Source of the DNA: a virus
Lineage: Duplodnaviria > Caudoviricetes
IMG/VR virus record: IMGVR_UViG_3300022173_000069
Location: 1 to 46,555 of that record
Strand: one strand, 5' to 3'
DNA: 46,555 bases
Shown here: positions 17,197 to 27,119 of the stretch, piece after piece
Numbering within the stretch: the first letter of the stretch is position 1
Layout: each line of letters starts with the position of its first letter
Program-made: the position numbers and the translations under genes
The notes under the pieces: generated by a model
Seen by the model: the letters and a program-made list of their open reading frames with translations, nothing else
Databases searched by the model: none
Told to the model about the DNA's origin: nothing

Positions 17197-17359
17197 CGGT
17201 CATCACCTACGCACGGGACCACGAAGCCCTAGAGGAGCTGCGCAGCGCGCTCCCTGATGACGCTGAGCCCTCTCCCGACGAGCTGCGGACTCTGGCGCGG
17301 CATCACGAACGCTTGGCGAAGTGCGCCATGGACGAAGCCGGTTGGGTGGAGGCCTGCCA

Positions 17360-17866
17360 ATGAACTGGACAGTCCCCTCTGTCGCTGAGTGCGACCCCAA
17401 CATTGAGCCCTTCGAGTTCCAGGTTCTCCTGGCCATGGCTGAGTTCAGCCGCACCACGCCAAGCGGCTTGACCATCCCCGAGAGCGTCGCCGACCGGGAG
17501 GAATGGGGCGCCACCCACGCCCGACTGCTGGCCGTCTCGCCGATGGCCTTCAACTACGTGCAGCTTCCGCCCGGAGCCCGTGCGCCCCAGGTCGGCGACA
17601 TCGTGTTCTGCGGCAGGTTCCCGGGCGACGAAGTTCCGGCCGCCGACAAGCATCTGCCGGGCAGGGCGGGGCGCAAGTACCGCCTGTGCTCCGACCGGGA
17701 AATCCGAGCCGTCATCGAGCGGGCAGAGCAGCCAATCCCTACCTCGCAGCCTAACGCGGCAACCGTAATCAAAGCGTCTCGGGAGGGGCCGCGCATCATG
17801 TCGGTCCCGGCCATTTCCGAGGCCCACGGAACCGTCCTTCAAGGAGTTGAATCCCTTGGCCACTGA
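17360..17866 (+). CDS. GroES-like co-chaperonin
   Basis: TPSGLTIPESV..ARLLAVSPMAF..PQVGDIVFCGRFPG..YRLCSDREIRAVIE. Confidence 0.7.
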   Translation: MNWTVPSVAECDPNIEPFEFQVLLAMAEFSRTTPSGLTIPESVADREEWGATHARLLAVSPMAFNYVQLPPGARAPQVGDIVFCGRFPGDEVPAADKHLPGRAGRKYRLCSDREIRAVIERAEQPIPTSQPNAATVIKASREGPRIMSVPAISEAHGTVLQGVESLGH

Positions 17867-18701
17867 AGCAGCCGAAGCCCTGGACGATCCTAACACCCTC
17901 GCCGTGGTCATCGACGACGGCCCGCAGGACGACGCCAAGAGCCCGCCCGAGGCCAACGGCGACGAGCCGCAGTCATCGGAGGAAGCCGTCAAGGTCGCCT
18001 CCCTGATGGGCTGGAAGCCTAAAGACCAATGGAAGGGCGACACGACGAAATGGCGCCCGGCCGAGGAGTTCCTGGCCGAGATGCCGGACGTGCTGCGTCA
18101 CACCCGCCAAGCCAATTCGCGGATGAAGGCGCAGATCGACCAAGTCGCCGGCCTGGTCGCCAAGCTCACGGCCAACCAGCGCCGGGACATGGACGCTCGC
18201 CAGGAGGCTGAACTTGACGCCGCGGTCGAAGCGAACGACCCGGTCGCCGCCAAGAAGATCCTCGCCGAGATCAGAGCCAACGCGGGTTCCGGCTCCGGCG
18301 ATCCGCCGGCCCTGTCGTCGTTCAAGGAGCGCAACGCCGACTGGTTCGAGGTGGACCCTGAGGCGACCGCCTATGCGATGGCCCTGGACGCTCAGTACGC
18401 GCGTCTCGCAAACAACAAGATCACCGATCCCGACGCCCACATGAAACGCGTCGAGGCCGGGGTGAAGAAGAAGTTCCCCGAGCACTTCGACGACGCCCCG
18501 AAGGACGATCCCAAGCCCAAGCCGAAGGCCCCCATCGTGGGCGCTGGGGGACGTGTCGGCGGATCGCGCAGCCCGAGCGGCGACGTGACCGTGGCCGACC
18601 TCACCCCCGCCCAGCGCCGCGGTGCGGAAGAGAGCGGCGTGTCCCTGGCCGACTACGCCAAGGCCGTCACCAAGATGAACCAGATGGCCCGGAGAGCCTG
18701 A
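17856..18701 (+). CDS. Capsid scaffolding protein
   Basis: MGWKPKDQWKGD..W..AEEFL, a coiled coil, FKERNADWF, C-terminal LTPAQR..YAK; upstream of the capsid gene. Confidence 0.7.
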   Translation: MATEAAEALDDPNTLAVVIDDGPQDDAKSPPEANGDEPQSSEEAVKVASLMGWKPKDQWKGDTTKWRPAEEFLAEMPDVLRHTRQANSRMKAQIDQVAGLVAKLTANQRRDMDARQEAELDAAVEANDPVAAKKILAEIRANAGSGSGDPPALSSFKERNADWFEVDPEATAYAMALDAQYARLANNKITDPDAHMKRVEAGVKKKFPEHFDDAPKDDPKPKPKAPIVGAGGRVGGSRSPSGDVTVADLTPAQRRGAEESGVSLADYAKAVTKMNQMARRA

Positions 18702-18702
18702 C

Positions 18703-19158
18703 ATGACCGACGCCCCCCTGACCCGAGCCGAAGCCGTCACCGAGGAACGCCGCCAGCGGGAACGCCCGACCGGCATCGGCTCCCAAGGTGACCCGACCCT
18801 GCGCCGCTTCGGCATCACGCCCGACGTGCTCGACCACAACAAGTACATCTACCGCGCGGCCCTCGACGACGGGAGCCGGCTCTATGAGCTGGTGGACCAG
18901 GGCGAGTACGAGTTCGTGACCCTCAACGACAAGAAGACGGGCCATTCACTCAAGGCCGATGCTCCGGGTGCGATAAAGTACCGTTCCGGGACTAAGGTTG
19001 ACGGCAGTCCAGCTTGGTCGTATCTTCTTCGGAAGTTGAAGAAGTTCGCGGACGAAGACCGCGCCGAAGCCGTCAAGCAGATCGACGAACAGGAGCGCGC
19101 TCAGCTCCAGGGTCGAACCAAGGACGCGCCCGACAAGAGCTACACCCCGAAGCGGTGA
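18703..19158 (+). CDS. Conserved head-module protein
   Basis: 151-aa ORF between the scaffold and capsid genes. Confidence 0.7.
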   Translation: MTDAPLTRAEAVTEERRQRERPTGIGSQGDPTLRRFGITPDVLDHNKYIYRAALDDGSRLYELVDQGEYEFVTLNDKKTGHSLKADAPGAIKYRSGTKVDGSPAWSYLLRKLKKFADEDRAEAVKQIDEQERAQLQGRTKDAPDKSYTPKR

Positions 19159-19209
19159 ACCGTGGCCCTCTGACCGAGGGTCCTCACCGCCAATTTGGGG
19201 TCCCCTTTC

Positions 19210-19788
19210 ATGGCGAACGCTGATTTTCCGCGGGGTCTAATCCCCGTGCGCAACGCGGCCGGGGGCGTGTACAACTGCGCCCTTCGCGCCTACACCGCCC
19301 GATCCGACTACGCCACGGCGCTGTTCGTCGGCGATCCGGTCGTCAAGTCCGGCCTGGCCGACGCCAACGGCCGTCCCGGCATCATCCTCGCCACAGCCGG
19401 CGCCACCAACCCCATCACGGGCGTGGTCGTAGGCTTTGAGGATGGCCCGTCCTTGAGCCTCGGCTACGGCGCGGCCTCCACTCAGCGGACGGTTCTCGTC
19501 GCTGATGATCCCGACCTGCTCTTCGAGATCCAGGAAGACGCTGGCGGCGCGACGACTGCGCTCGCCGACATCGGCCTGAACGTCGACCTCATCGCCGCCG
19601 CCGGCTCCACCACCACCCGCACCTCGGGTTGGATGGTTGACAGCTCGACCAAGGCCGCGGGCGCCACCCTCCAACTCAAGATCGTCGGGTTCCAGGAACG
19701 CCCCGATGTCGAGCCCGCCGTCGCGAAGTCCAAGCTTCTCGTCAAGATCAATCTTCACACCGAAGCCGCCAACACGGCCGGTCTCTAA
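19210..19788 (+). CDS. Capsid decoration/cement-like protein
   Basis: MANADFPRGLIPVR..ALFVGDPV..VADDPDLLFEIQED; immediately before the major capsid gene. Confidence 0.7.
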   Translation: MANADFPRGLIPVRNAAGGVYNCALRAYTARSDYATALFVGDPVVKSGLADANGRPGIILATAGATNPITGVVVGFEDGPSLSLGYGAASTQRTVLVADDPDLLFEIQEDAGGATTALADIGLNVDLIAAAGSTTTRTSGWMVDSSTKAAGATLQLKIVGFQERPDVEPAVAKSKLLVKINLHTEAANTAGL

Positions 19789-19802
19789 GGGGGAGCTGAC
19801 CA

Positions 19803-20711
19803 ATGACCGTCATCACTCGTTCCGCTCACCCGTCAGACCTGTGGCCTGGCGTCATGGCCCACTACGGCAACGCATACGAGCAGTATGCGCCCGAGTGGAC
19901 CGACATCTTCGAGAAGCGCCAGTCCAAGAAGGCCTACGAGAAGATCGTCGAGACCAGCGGCTTTGGCCTGGTCCCGATCAAGACCGAGGGCGCGCCGATC
20001 CAGTACGACACGGACGCCGAGGGGATCACCACCACGTTCACCCCCGTGGTCTACGGCCTGGGCTACATGGTCACCCGTGAAGAGCAGGAGGACAACCAGT
20101 ACCCGGAGGTCTCCCGTCGCCGCTCCCGGGCGCTCGCCAAGTCGGCCCGCGTGACGCAGGAAATCGTCCACGCCAACGTGCTGAACCGCGGCTTCTCCAG
20201 CTCCTACAACGGCGCCGATGGGGTTCCGCTGTTTTCCGTCTCCCACCCGTCCCCGGCCGGCCTCTGGGCCAACAAGCCGGCGGTCGATGCAGACCTGACG
20301 GAGGCTGCCCTGGAAGACATGCTGACCCTGATCGCCGGCGCCAAGGATCGCCGGGGCCTGCCGATCAAGCTTCGCGGCATGAAGCTCGTGGTGGCGTCGG
20401 GCGCGCAGTTCAACGCCATGCGCATCCTCGACTCCGACCTCCGGGCCGGGACCGCGAACAACGACGTCAACGCGATCAAGCGCATGGGCCTGCTATCGGG
20501 CGGCGTGGTGGTCAACCACTACCTCACCGATCCGGACGCCTGGTACATCATCACCGACGCCGAGGAAGGCCTGCTGTCGATCTGGCGCCGTGAGGCCGAG
20601 ATCGAGCAGGACAACGACTTCGACACGGAGAACCTGAAGGCCAAGACCACGATGCGGTTCGCGGTCGGCTTCGGCGATCCCCGCGCGATCTTCGGAACCG
20701 CCGGAGCTTAA
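19803..20711 (+). CDS. Major capsid protein
   Basis: SGFGLVPIKTEG, DGVPLFSVSHP, NHYLTDPDAWYI, DFDTENLK..RFAVGFGDPR. Confidence 0.9.
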   Translation: MTVITRSAHPSDLWPGVMAHYGNAYEQYAPEWTDIFEKRQSKKAYEKIVETSGFGLVPIKTEGAPIQYDTDAEGITTTFTPVVYGLGYMVTREEQEDNQYPEVSRRRSRALAKSARVTQEIVHANVLNRGFSSSYNGADGVPLFSVSHPSPAGLWANKPAVDADLTEAALEDMLTLIAGAKDRRGLPIKLRGMKLVVASGAQFNAMRILDSDLRAGTANNDVNAIKRMGLLSGGVVVNHYLTDPDAWYIITDAEEGLLSIWRREAEIEQDNDFDTENLKAKTTMRFAVGFGDPRAIFGTAGA

Positions 20712-20717
20712 GGCTTG

Positions 20718-20747
20718 GGGCGGGGGTTCGCCTCCGCCCTTTCTCTT
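20718..20747 (+). terminator. Intrinsic terminator after the capsid gene
   Basis: GGGCGGGGG-TTCG-CCTCCGCCC followed by TTTCTCTT. Confidence 0.75.
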
Positions 20748-20761
20748 CATGGGAGGGCCTG

Positions 20762-21205
20762 ATGGCTCTGACGAATCTCGACGCACTGACGCTCACTGGA
20801 GCCCTGAACGCGGCCAGCATCACTGCCACTGGAACGCTCACCACGGCGGGTGTCGTGAACAGCGGGATGGAGGTGCTCTCCTCCGCCGCCGCCATCACCG
20901 CTGAGGCTGCCGGCACCCAGGCCGCCGCCACGCTCCTCACCAAGTCTGTCAACAGCGTTGATACCGTCGCTGGCGCCGCGGACGGCATCAAGCTCCCGCT
21001 CGCCGTCGCCGGGACGATCATCTACCTGACCAACAACACCGCGACCTCGATGCAGGTGTTCGGAGACGGCACCGACACGATCAACATCGGCGCTGGCGAC
21101 GTGGCTACGGCGACCGGCGTTGCGCACGCGGGCAACAAGTCGGCCGTCTATTTCTGCACCGTCACCGCCCCTGCCGGGAAGTGGCAGCGCGTGATGACCG
21201 CGTAA
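20762..21205 (+). CDS. Virion protein (head fibre/decoration-like)
   Basis: Ala/Thr-rich; DGIKLP..GTIIYLTN..DTIN. Confidence 0.65.
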   Translation: MALTNLDALTLTGALNAASITATGTLTTAGVVNSGMEVLSSAAAITAEAAGTQAAATLLTKSVNSVDTVAGAADGIKLPLAVAGTIIYLTNNTATSMQVFGDGTDTINIGAGDVATATGVAHAGNKSAVYFCTVTAPAGKWQRVMTA

Positions 21206-21210
21206 GGCCG

Positions 21211-21471
21211 ATGGCGAACCAAGCGCATCCGGTCAACGATTGGAAACCCGGGGGTACCTGGGCGATCTGCGACCGATGCGCCTTTCAGCGCCGGCTCTCC
21301 TGCCTTCGCGTCGAGTGGACGGGGCTCAAGGTCTGCGAGGATTGCTATGACCCTCGCCCCGCCGACCTGAGCCGCCCCAACATGCGCCCCGAGGGCCTGC
21401 CGGTGCGTGGCGCCCGACCTGACCCCGGCGACGTGCTGGGCGAGAACCTGACAACCGCCGAGGATCTCTGA
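21211..21471 (+). CDS. Small Zn-finger protein
   Basis: AICDRCAF..EWTGLKVCEDCYDP. Confidence 0.7.
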   Translation: MANQAHPVNDWKPGGTWAICDRCAFQRRLSCLRVEWTGLKVCEDCYDPRPADLSRPNMRPEGLPVRGARPDPGDVLGENLTTAEDL

Positions 21472-21701
21472 TGGAACTCTCGACCATTCGCGGCGCGGCT
21501 GCGGTCACGACCAGCGACAGCGCCACCATCGCCACGACCACGGCGCTCTACATCGGCGTGGCGGGCGATGTGACGGTGGACATGGAAGACCGCGGCTCGA
21601 ACGTCACGTTCAAGGCGGTTCCGGTCGGCATCCTGTGGGTGGCGGCCAACCGGGTCTATGCGACCGCGACCACGGCGACGAACATCCTGGCTCTGTACTA
21701 G
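21471..21701 (+). CDS. Head-spike base-like protein
   Basis: AAAVTTSD..ALYIGVAGDVTV..VTFKAVPVG..RVYATATTATNILALY, resembling the RcGTA Rcc01079 family. Confidence 0.7.
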   Translation: MELSTIRGAAAVTTSDSATIATTTALYIGVAGDVTVDMEDRGSNVTFKAVPVGILWVAANRVYATATTATNILALY

Positions 21702-21795
21702 GACGTTTGCCAACTAGGCCGCATTACAGTAGCTTAGCGATACGAGACAGCGGCCGAAGCCCGCAATCCAAATCCCGGATTGAACGAGAGCTTCA

Positions 21796-22491
21796 TTGGC
21801 CGTCTCAGGCGTCAACACCTCCCTCGACACCGCGCGCCAGGTCATCACCGATGCCCTGTTCGAGATCGGCGTGGTCGGTGCTGGCCAGGACCCCGATCCC
21901 AACGACATGGAAGTGGGTCGTCGGCGTCTGAACTGGATGCTGAAGAACTGGCAGAACGACGGCCTCAACCTCTGGCGTGACGACGAGATCACCATCCCCT
22001 GGCCCGCCTATACGGTGGAGGGGGATCTGGACCAGCAGTACCTCGATCTGACCTCGGTTCGCGTGGAAGGGCAGGGGGGCTTCGAGCGCCCGCTGAACCG
22101 GATGGAGGCGGACGATTACGCCAACTATCCCCTGAAGCTGCAGACCGGCGCCACGCCCTTCCAGTACGTCGTCGAGCGCAACACCTCGGTCCTGACCCTC
22201 AAGCTGTGGCCCGTCCCCGACGTGGACGTGACGCTGTACGCCTCGGGCAACCGGGTCATCTATGACGTGGTCGGCCTGGACGAGAACATCGACGTTCCCC
22301 AGCAGTACACCCGCACAGCCATGCTCTGCCTCGCGGAAGCCCTCGTGCCTGTGTTCGGCAAGGCCAGCGATCCGAACGCCGCCCTGACCGTCGCCGAGGC
22401 CCGCAAAGCCTATGCCCGGATGCTCGCCGATGATCGCCCGGCCAGCTACTTCATGGGTCCGGATCGCAGCGAATACGCGAGGGGCTGGTAA
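21796..22491 (+). CDS. Head-tail adaptor (P22 gp4-like)
   Basis: TARQVITDALFEIGV..LNWMLKNWQNDGLNLW..KLWPVPD. Confidence 0.7.
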   Translation: MAVSGVNTSLDTARQVITDALFEIGVVGAGQDPDPNDMEVGRRRLNWMLKNWQNDGLNLWRDDEITIPWPAYTVEGDLDQQYLDLTSVRVEGQGGFERPLNRMEADDYANYPLKLQTGATPFQYVVERNTSVLTLKLWPVPDVDVTLYASGNRVIYDVVGLDENIDVPQQYTRTAMLCLAEALVPVFGKASDPNAALTVAEARKAYARMLADDRPASYFMGPDRSEYARGW

Positions 22492-23207
22492 TGGCCGTTC
22501 CTCGCACCGTCACCATCACGCGTCGCCGGTACATCACCGACAACACGCCCACGGCCTTCGCCTTCACCGACGTGGAGGACGCGGACCTCTCGACCAACTA
22601 CGAGAGCGACCCGGTCACCATCGCAGGCCTGATCGGCGAGGCGGTGATCACCGTCGTGGGCGGCACATACAGCATCAACGGCGGGGCGTTCGTCTCCACG
22701 GCCGGCGTCGTCGAGAACGGGGATGAGGTTGTCGCTTCCGGGACCTCGCCTCCGACCAACTCCGATCAGACGGACGTGACGGTGACGGTCGGGACCTATT
22801 CCGACACGTTCACCATCGCGACCGTGGCCGACGATACGGCGCCGGACCAGTTCACCTTCGTGGACCAGGGCGCGGGCGACTACCTGACGCTCTACGAGTC
22901 CAACACGATCACCGTCGCCGGGATCACCAGCTCGGCGGCGGTCACCATCGACACCACGGGCCTGTCGGGCTCGGTCGGCTACTCCAAGAACGGCGCGGCC
23001 TACACCACGACCCCCGGCAGCGCCGTGGCCGGCGACACCTTCAAAGTTCGCCTGACGACCGGCGCGGCCATCGACACCGCCTACACCACCACCCTGACCA
23101 TCGGAGGCGTCTCTGACGGCTTCACGGTCACCACGTCGGCCTACGTCCCGTCCCTCGATTTCACCATAGCCCGCAACAGCCAATACGTCGGCGCCCTCGC
23201 CGCCTAA
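22491..23207 (+). CDS. Thr-rich virion protein with two beta-sandwich repeats
   Basis: DNTPTAFAFTD..YESDPVTIAG and DTAPDQFTFVD..YESNTITVAG repeats. Confidence 0.7.
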   Translation: MAVPRTVTITRRRYITDNTPTAFAFTDVEDADLSTNYESDPVTIAGLIGEAVITVVGGTYSINGGAFVSTAGVVENGDEVVASGTSPPTNSDQTDVTVTVGTYSDTFTIATVADDTAPDQFTFVDQGAGDYLTLYESNTITVAGITSSAAVTIDTTGLSGSVGYSKNGAAYTTTPGSAVAGDTFKVRLTTGAAIDTAYTTTLTIGGVSDGFTVTTSAYVPSLDFTIARNSQYVGALAA

Positions 23208-23219
23208 GGAGCCTCCGTC

Positions 23220-24233
23220 ATGGCCATTTCAGTCCGCGACGCCAACAACGACGTACAGACCGTACAGACCCTTCCGGCGGTCAGCCGAGCGGCTGCGGCA
23301 AGCTCGCTGCCCATGGCCCTCTCGACCGAGGATAAGGCCGCGCTGGACGCTCTGGCGACGCAAACCACGTCGGCGGCCATCCTCGCCAAGCTTCCTGCGG
23401 TCGGAACCGCGGGAACGGCTTCCACAAACGTGGTCACCGTCCAGGGCATCGCGAGCGGCACAGTCATCCCGATCAGCGATGGAGGCGGCTCGCTGACCGT
23501 CGATGGGACGTTCTTCCAGGCCACGCAACCGGTCAGCATCGCGACCGCTCCTGCACTGGTCGCCAGCTCGGCGATCATCGGGAACGTGCGGATCGACCAG
23601 ACGACCCCTGGGACGACGAACGGCACCGTTCCTGCGGGCAACGTCGCCCACGACGCGGCCGATAGCGGCAACCCGGTCAAGATGGGCGCGAAGGCCACGT
23701 CCTCCGCGCCCTCCGCCGTGGCCTCTGGCGACCGCTCGAACCTCTACACCGACACCTTCGGCAGCCTTCGCGTCATCCAGACCGACAGCGCGGGCGCGGT
23801 TCTCGACTATACGACCCCAGCCGATATCAGCCTCAAGCAGATCAACGGCAACACCGTGGCCGCGGGCAACGGCGTCGCGGGCACGGGCACGCAGCGCGTC
23901 ACCATCGCCTCGGACAATACCCCGTTTGGCGTGAGGTTGGCGCAGGACGAATACGAAACGGTTGCGGCGTCCCAAACTGATCAGGTGCTCGGTCCGACCG
24001 GCGCCAGCGGCGACTACCTCGCGCAAGTCTGGATCCAGCCTGGCACGACCACGCCAGGGACCGTTGTCGTAAAAGATGGGTCCACTACGGTCTACACGTT
24101 CCCAGGCGGCGCTAGCAGCGTGTCCAACCTAGTTCCGTTCTGCTGGGCCCCAGGCATCAAGAGCGTCAGCGGGTCGTGGAAAATCACCACGGGCGCTAAC
24201 GTTACAGTCCAGGCTACCGGCGACTTCACCTGA
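23220..24233 (+). CDS. Fibre/spike-like virion protein
   Basis: Ala/Thr/Gly-rich 337-aa ORF with AAGGAG RBS. Confidence 0.65.
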   Translation: MAISVRDANNDVQTVQTLPAVSRAAAASSLPMALSTEDKAALDALATQTTSAAILAKLPAVGTAGTASTNVVTVQGIASGTVIPISDGGGSLTVDGTFFQATQPVSIATAPALVASSAIIGNVRIDQTTPGTTNGTVPAGNVAHDAADSGNPVKMGAKATSSAPSAVASGDRSNLYTDTFGSLRVIQTDSAGAVLDYTTPADISLKQINGNTVAAGNGVAGTGTQRVTIASDNTPFGVRLAQDEYETVAASQTDQVLGPTGASGDYLAQVWIQPGTTTPGTVVVKDGSTTVYTFPGGASSVSNLVPFCWAPGIKSVSGSWKITTGANVTVQATGDFT

Positions 24234-25201
24234 TGTCGTCGGGTCAGCTCCATAAGCTGCTGTCGCTGCGCCAGTATCCCGTTGGGGGCGACTATCCGCT
24301 GGGCGTTGTCGCGGCGGGAGCCGACGCGCAGACCGCCTGGGACACGCAAACGACTGCAGGTCTGTCGGGCGCGACGCTCTACACGCCTGCAGCCAACCCC
24401 TCGACCATCACGGCAAATGGCGGCGCGATCTCCGGGTCGGATGTGAACTACACTTCGGGAACCCGTGTCGTCGATGACGTCGATTTCACGGGCTACCATG
24501 TGAACGTCGATGGCGCGGCAGACGTCACGTTCCGCAACTGCAAGTTCGCCAACTCCACAGACAGCTATTCGGTCCTGCTGATCAACGTCAATAGCGGCAC
24601 CACGGCCATAGTCCGGCCGGAAGACTGCTACTTCGACCTGACCAACATGACCAAGACCTTCTCGTCTGGCATCCGTCAGTTCGGCGGTTCGCTCTTTGGG
24701 AAGCGCTGCAAACTGATCAATGCGGCCCTCAACTTCCACGACCTGGCGTCCAACTCGGTCACCGGGCAGTGGGAGGACAGCTACTTCAAGGACTTCGGGA
24801 CGGACGCCGTCGACACGGGCGATCCTGGCACCCGCGACCACTGCGAGAGCCTGAAGGTCAATGTTGGTTCGCTGATCATGACCCGATGCTTCATCGACAT
24901 CCGCACTGGAAGCATCGCGCCCAATACCTGCACTTCGAGCGGCCCTTTCCCGGAGGCCGACAGCACCGACGTTGTGCTGACCATGACGAGCTGCGTCATC
25001 GCCGGAACGTCGAACACGGGCGCGACCTACACCTTCCAGCACGGCTCTGGGGACTCAGACACGACGACCGTGACGCTGAACAATTGCGCCATGGATACCG
25101 GCACGGGCGGCTTCTACTCGAAGGGCGCGAACGGCGTGCTCAACGGCGACAACAACTTCAACCTCACCACGGGAGCTGAACTCTCGTTGCCCTATAATTA
25201 G
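24233..25201 (+). CDS. Beta-helix-like putative receptor-binding protein
   Basis: Repeating strand motifs VTFRNCKF, EDCYFD, TRCFID, TLNNCAMD. Confidence 0.6.
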   Translation: MSSGQLHKLLSLRQYPVGGDYPLGVVAAGADAQTAWDTQTTAGLSGATLYTPAANPSTITANGGAISGSDVNYTSGTRVVDDVDFTGYHVNVDGAADVTFRNCKFANSTDSYSVLLINVNSGTTAIVRPEDCYFDLTNMTKTFSSGIRQFGGSLFGKRCKLINAALNFHDLASNSVTGQWEDSYFKDFGTDAVDTGDPGTRDHCESLKVNVGSLIMTRCFIDIRTGSIAPNTCTSSGPFPEADSTDVVLTMTSCVIAGTSNTGATYTFQHGSGDSDTTTVTLNNCAMDTGTGGFYSKGANGVLNGDNNFNLTTGAELSLPYN

Positions 25202-25209
25202 GCCTGCCA

Positions 25210-25803
25210 ATGACCCGACTTCGCAGAGGGATCTACTCCAATGTCGCGGCCATGAGCCCGGCTCCCGCGCCGCCGGCCGGCGCTACGTGGGACGCCGCGA
25301 CGATCCAGTCCGGGTCCCCGGCCATCACCCTATCGAACGGCAACAAAACCGCCGAAGTGCTGGTCGGCAACGTCCGTCAGGGCATTCGTGCCAACACGTC
25401 GATGTCGGCCGCCGGCAAGTGGCATTTCGAAATCACGTTCACCGTGGCAGCGACCGGCTCCGGCGGCGGCGTTGCGACAACCCTGCACGGCAACGAACAA
25501 CTCGGCGGGGACACCGAGAGCATCGGCGTCTATGGTGACGGCACGGTCAACCATCCGCTGTTCGGCGACATTGGGACGATCAGCAGCGGCAATGTGGTGG
25601 CCTTCGAGTACGATGGGCCGAACACCGACCTGTACATCAACCTAAACGGTGGCGGCTGGCAGGGGCCTTACAACACCGCAGCCCTGACCGGCGATCTCTA
25701 CCCGTGCCTCGGGTGGGAGTTCAACCAGCCGGGAACGATGGTTCTCAATACCGGCGGGTCAGCCTTCACGATCACGCCGCAGTCCGGCTATATCGGCTTC
25801 TAG
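25210..25803 (+). CDS. SPRY/ConA-like domain protein
   Basis: ITLSNGNKTA..RANTS..GKWHFEI..GNVVAFEYD..LYP..P.SGY. Confidence 0.7.
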   Translation: MTRLRRGIYSNVAAMSPAPAPPAGATWDAATIQSGSPAITLSNGNKTAEVLVGNVRQGIRANTSMSAAGKWHFEITFTVAATGSGGGVATTLHGNEQLGGDTESIGVYGDGTVNHPLFGDIGTISSGNVVAFEYDGPNTDLYINLNGGGWQGPYNTAALTGDLYPCLGWEFNQPGTMVLNTGGSAFTITPQSGYIGF

Positions 25804-26654
25804 GGCTTCGAGAAGATCACGACGTCCTGATAGAACAGCCCCGCCTTGGAGCGCCAATTGCCGCGGTGAATGGCGTCCACCTTCAGCCCCGAGGTCTTGG
25901 CCAACCTCTCCAGGCCCGCCGGGGTCACGCCGATCATCTCTTCGGGCGTCTGGACCCACGACGGATGGCGCCAGGCGTCCGAGCCGTCCGTCGCGACATC
26001 GAAGGTGTGCTTGGTCGGATCGCGCTTGCTGTAGGGGTTTTCCGCCGGCCGAGACGTCAGTAACTCCTGATAGCCGTCGTCCAGCACGAAGAACGTGATG
26101 ATGGCCTTGCCGCCGGGGCGTAGGCAGCGGGAGACCTCGCCGAGATAGAAGACCGCGTCCTCTTCGTTCAGGTGCGTCCAGACGCTCAGCGCGGTCGCCA
26201 GATCGAACGACGCATCGGCCATCGGGTAGGGCGGGAACTTCTTCGGCTGGCCGGGCGCATAGGTGCGGTTGGAGTGGTCGAGGTGGATGAACGAGACGCG
26301 GGGGGCGTCGGGGCGAGGGTTCGACCAGACCCGACGGGCGATGGCGAGATCTTCCTTGCTGATATCGACGCCGACGTACTGGCCAGAGCCCAGCAGGGGG
26401 GCCATAGCGTGGGCGAGGCGACCCGAGCCGCAACCGGCGTCGAGGACGTCCAGGGCACCGATCTTGTCGGCCATCAGCGACCCGGCGAGGGCCTGCATAT
26501 GGCCGATGGTGTAGGCGTATTCGATGGCGGTGTTCGTGCCGCCCTTCCGATCCGCATAGAGTGGGATGCGCTCCAGGAACCGGTTCTGGTGCATGGTGCA
26601 CCGCTCAAGCGGGATGAACAGCGCATCGACGGCGCGATAGATCAGATTCAGCAT
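25800..26654 (-). CDS. Class I SAM-dependent methyltransferase (moron)
   Basis: VLDAGCGSGRLA, YVGVDIS, SFDLATALSVWTHL, RCLRPGG. Confidence 0.9.
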   Translation of the reverse strand: MLNLIYRAVDALFIPLERCTMHQNRFLERIPLYADRKGGTNTAIEYAYTIGHMQALAGSLMADKIGALDVLDAGCGSGRLAHAMAPLLGSGQYVGVDISKEDLAIARRVWSNPRPDAPRVSFIHLDHSNRTYAPGQPKKFPPYPMADASFDLATALSVWTHLNEEDAVFYLGEVSRCLRPGGKAIITFFVLDDGYQELLTSRPAENPYSKRDPTKHTFDVATDGSDAWRHPSWVQTPEEMIGVTPAGLERLAKTSGLKVDAIHRGNWRSKAGLFYQDVVIFSKP

Positions 26655-26672
26655 TGTGCCCCGGTGAGACGG

Positions 26673-26840
26673 TTACGCGGTCAGAGGCCGGAGATCAGCA
26701 ACGGGCGTGCCGCGGTCGTTCTCGTCATAGCCTTCCGGGAGGCTCGCGTCGCTGATTCCGAAGTCCGCATTGGTCTCAGCGTCGAGCGGCGTGATGACCG
26801 ACGTCCACCAGGAGCGAAAGAACTGCTTGATCTGTTCCAT
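26673..26840 (-). CDS. Small hypothetical protein (55 aa)
   Basis: MEQIKQFFRSWW...; TTGATC-N17-CAGGTT ends 6 nt upstream of the ATG. Confidence 0.45.
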   Translation of the reverse strand: MEQIKQFFRSWWTSVITPLDAETNADFGISDASLPEGYDENDRGTPVADLRPLTA

Positions 26841-26902
26841 CCGCGGAACCTGAGCCGCGAGGCGTGAAAGATCAACAAAATACGCGCTGAGAGCGAGCGC
26901 GG

Positions 26903-27046
26903 TTAGCGCCGCTTGTCGCGATCCCGGCGGTTCTCCCGCACCCATATTGCGGTCTGGATGCAGCCCCAGACGACGGCGATCAGGGCGATAACGACCATGA
27001 TCACCGAGGCGATAGCCGTGACCTTGTCGACCGGGGGGTGAGCCAT
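26903..27046 (-). CDS. Single-TM membrane peptide (47 aa)
   Basis: Manual translation MAHPPVDKVTAIASVIMVVIALIAVVWGCIQTAIWVRENRRDRDKRR; TTGACG-N16-CAATAT ends 6 nt upstream. Confidence 0.6.
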   Translation of the reverse strand: MAHPPVDKVTAIASVIMVVIALIAVVWGCIQTAIWVRENRRDRDKRR

Positions 27047-27119
27047 CCGGCGATATTGGCCGAGTGACCGGGCGCGTCAACCCAGACCCCCTAGGAACTG
27101 GCATTCCTCCCAAATGAGC

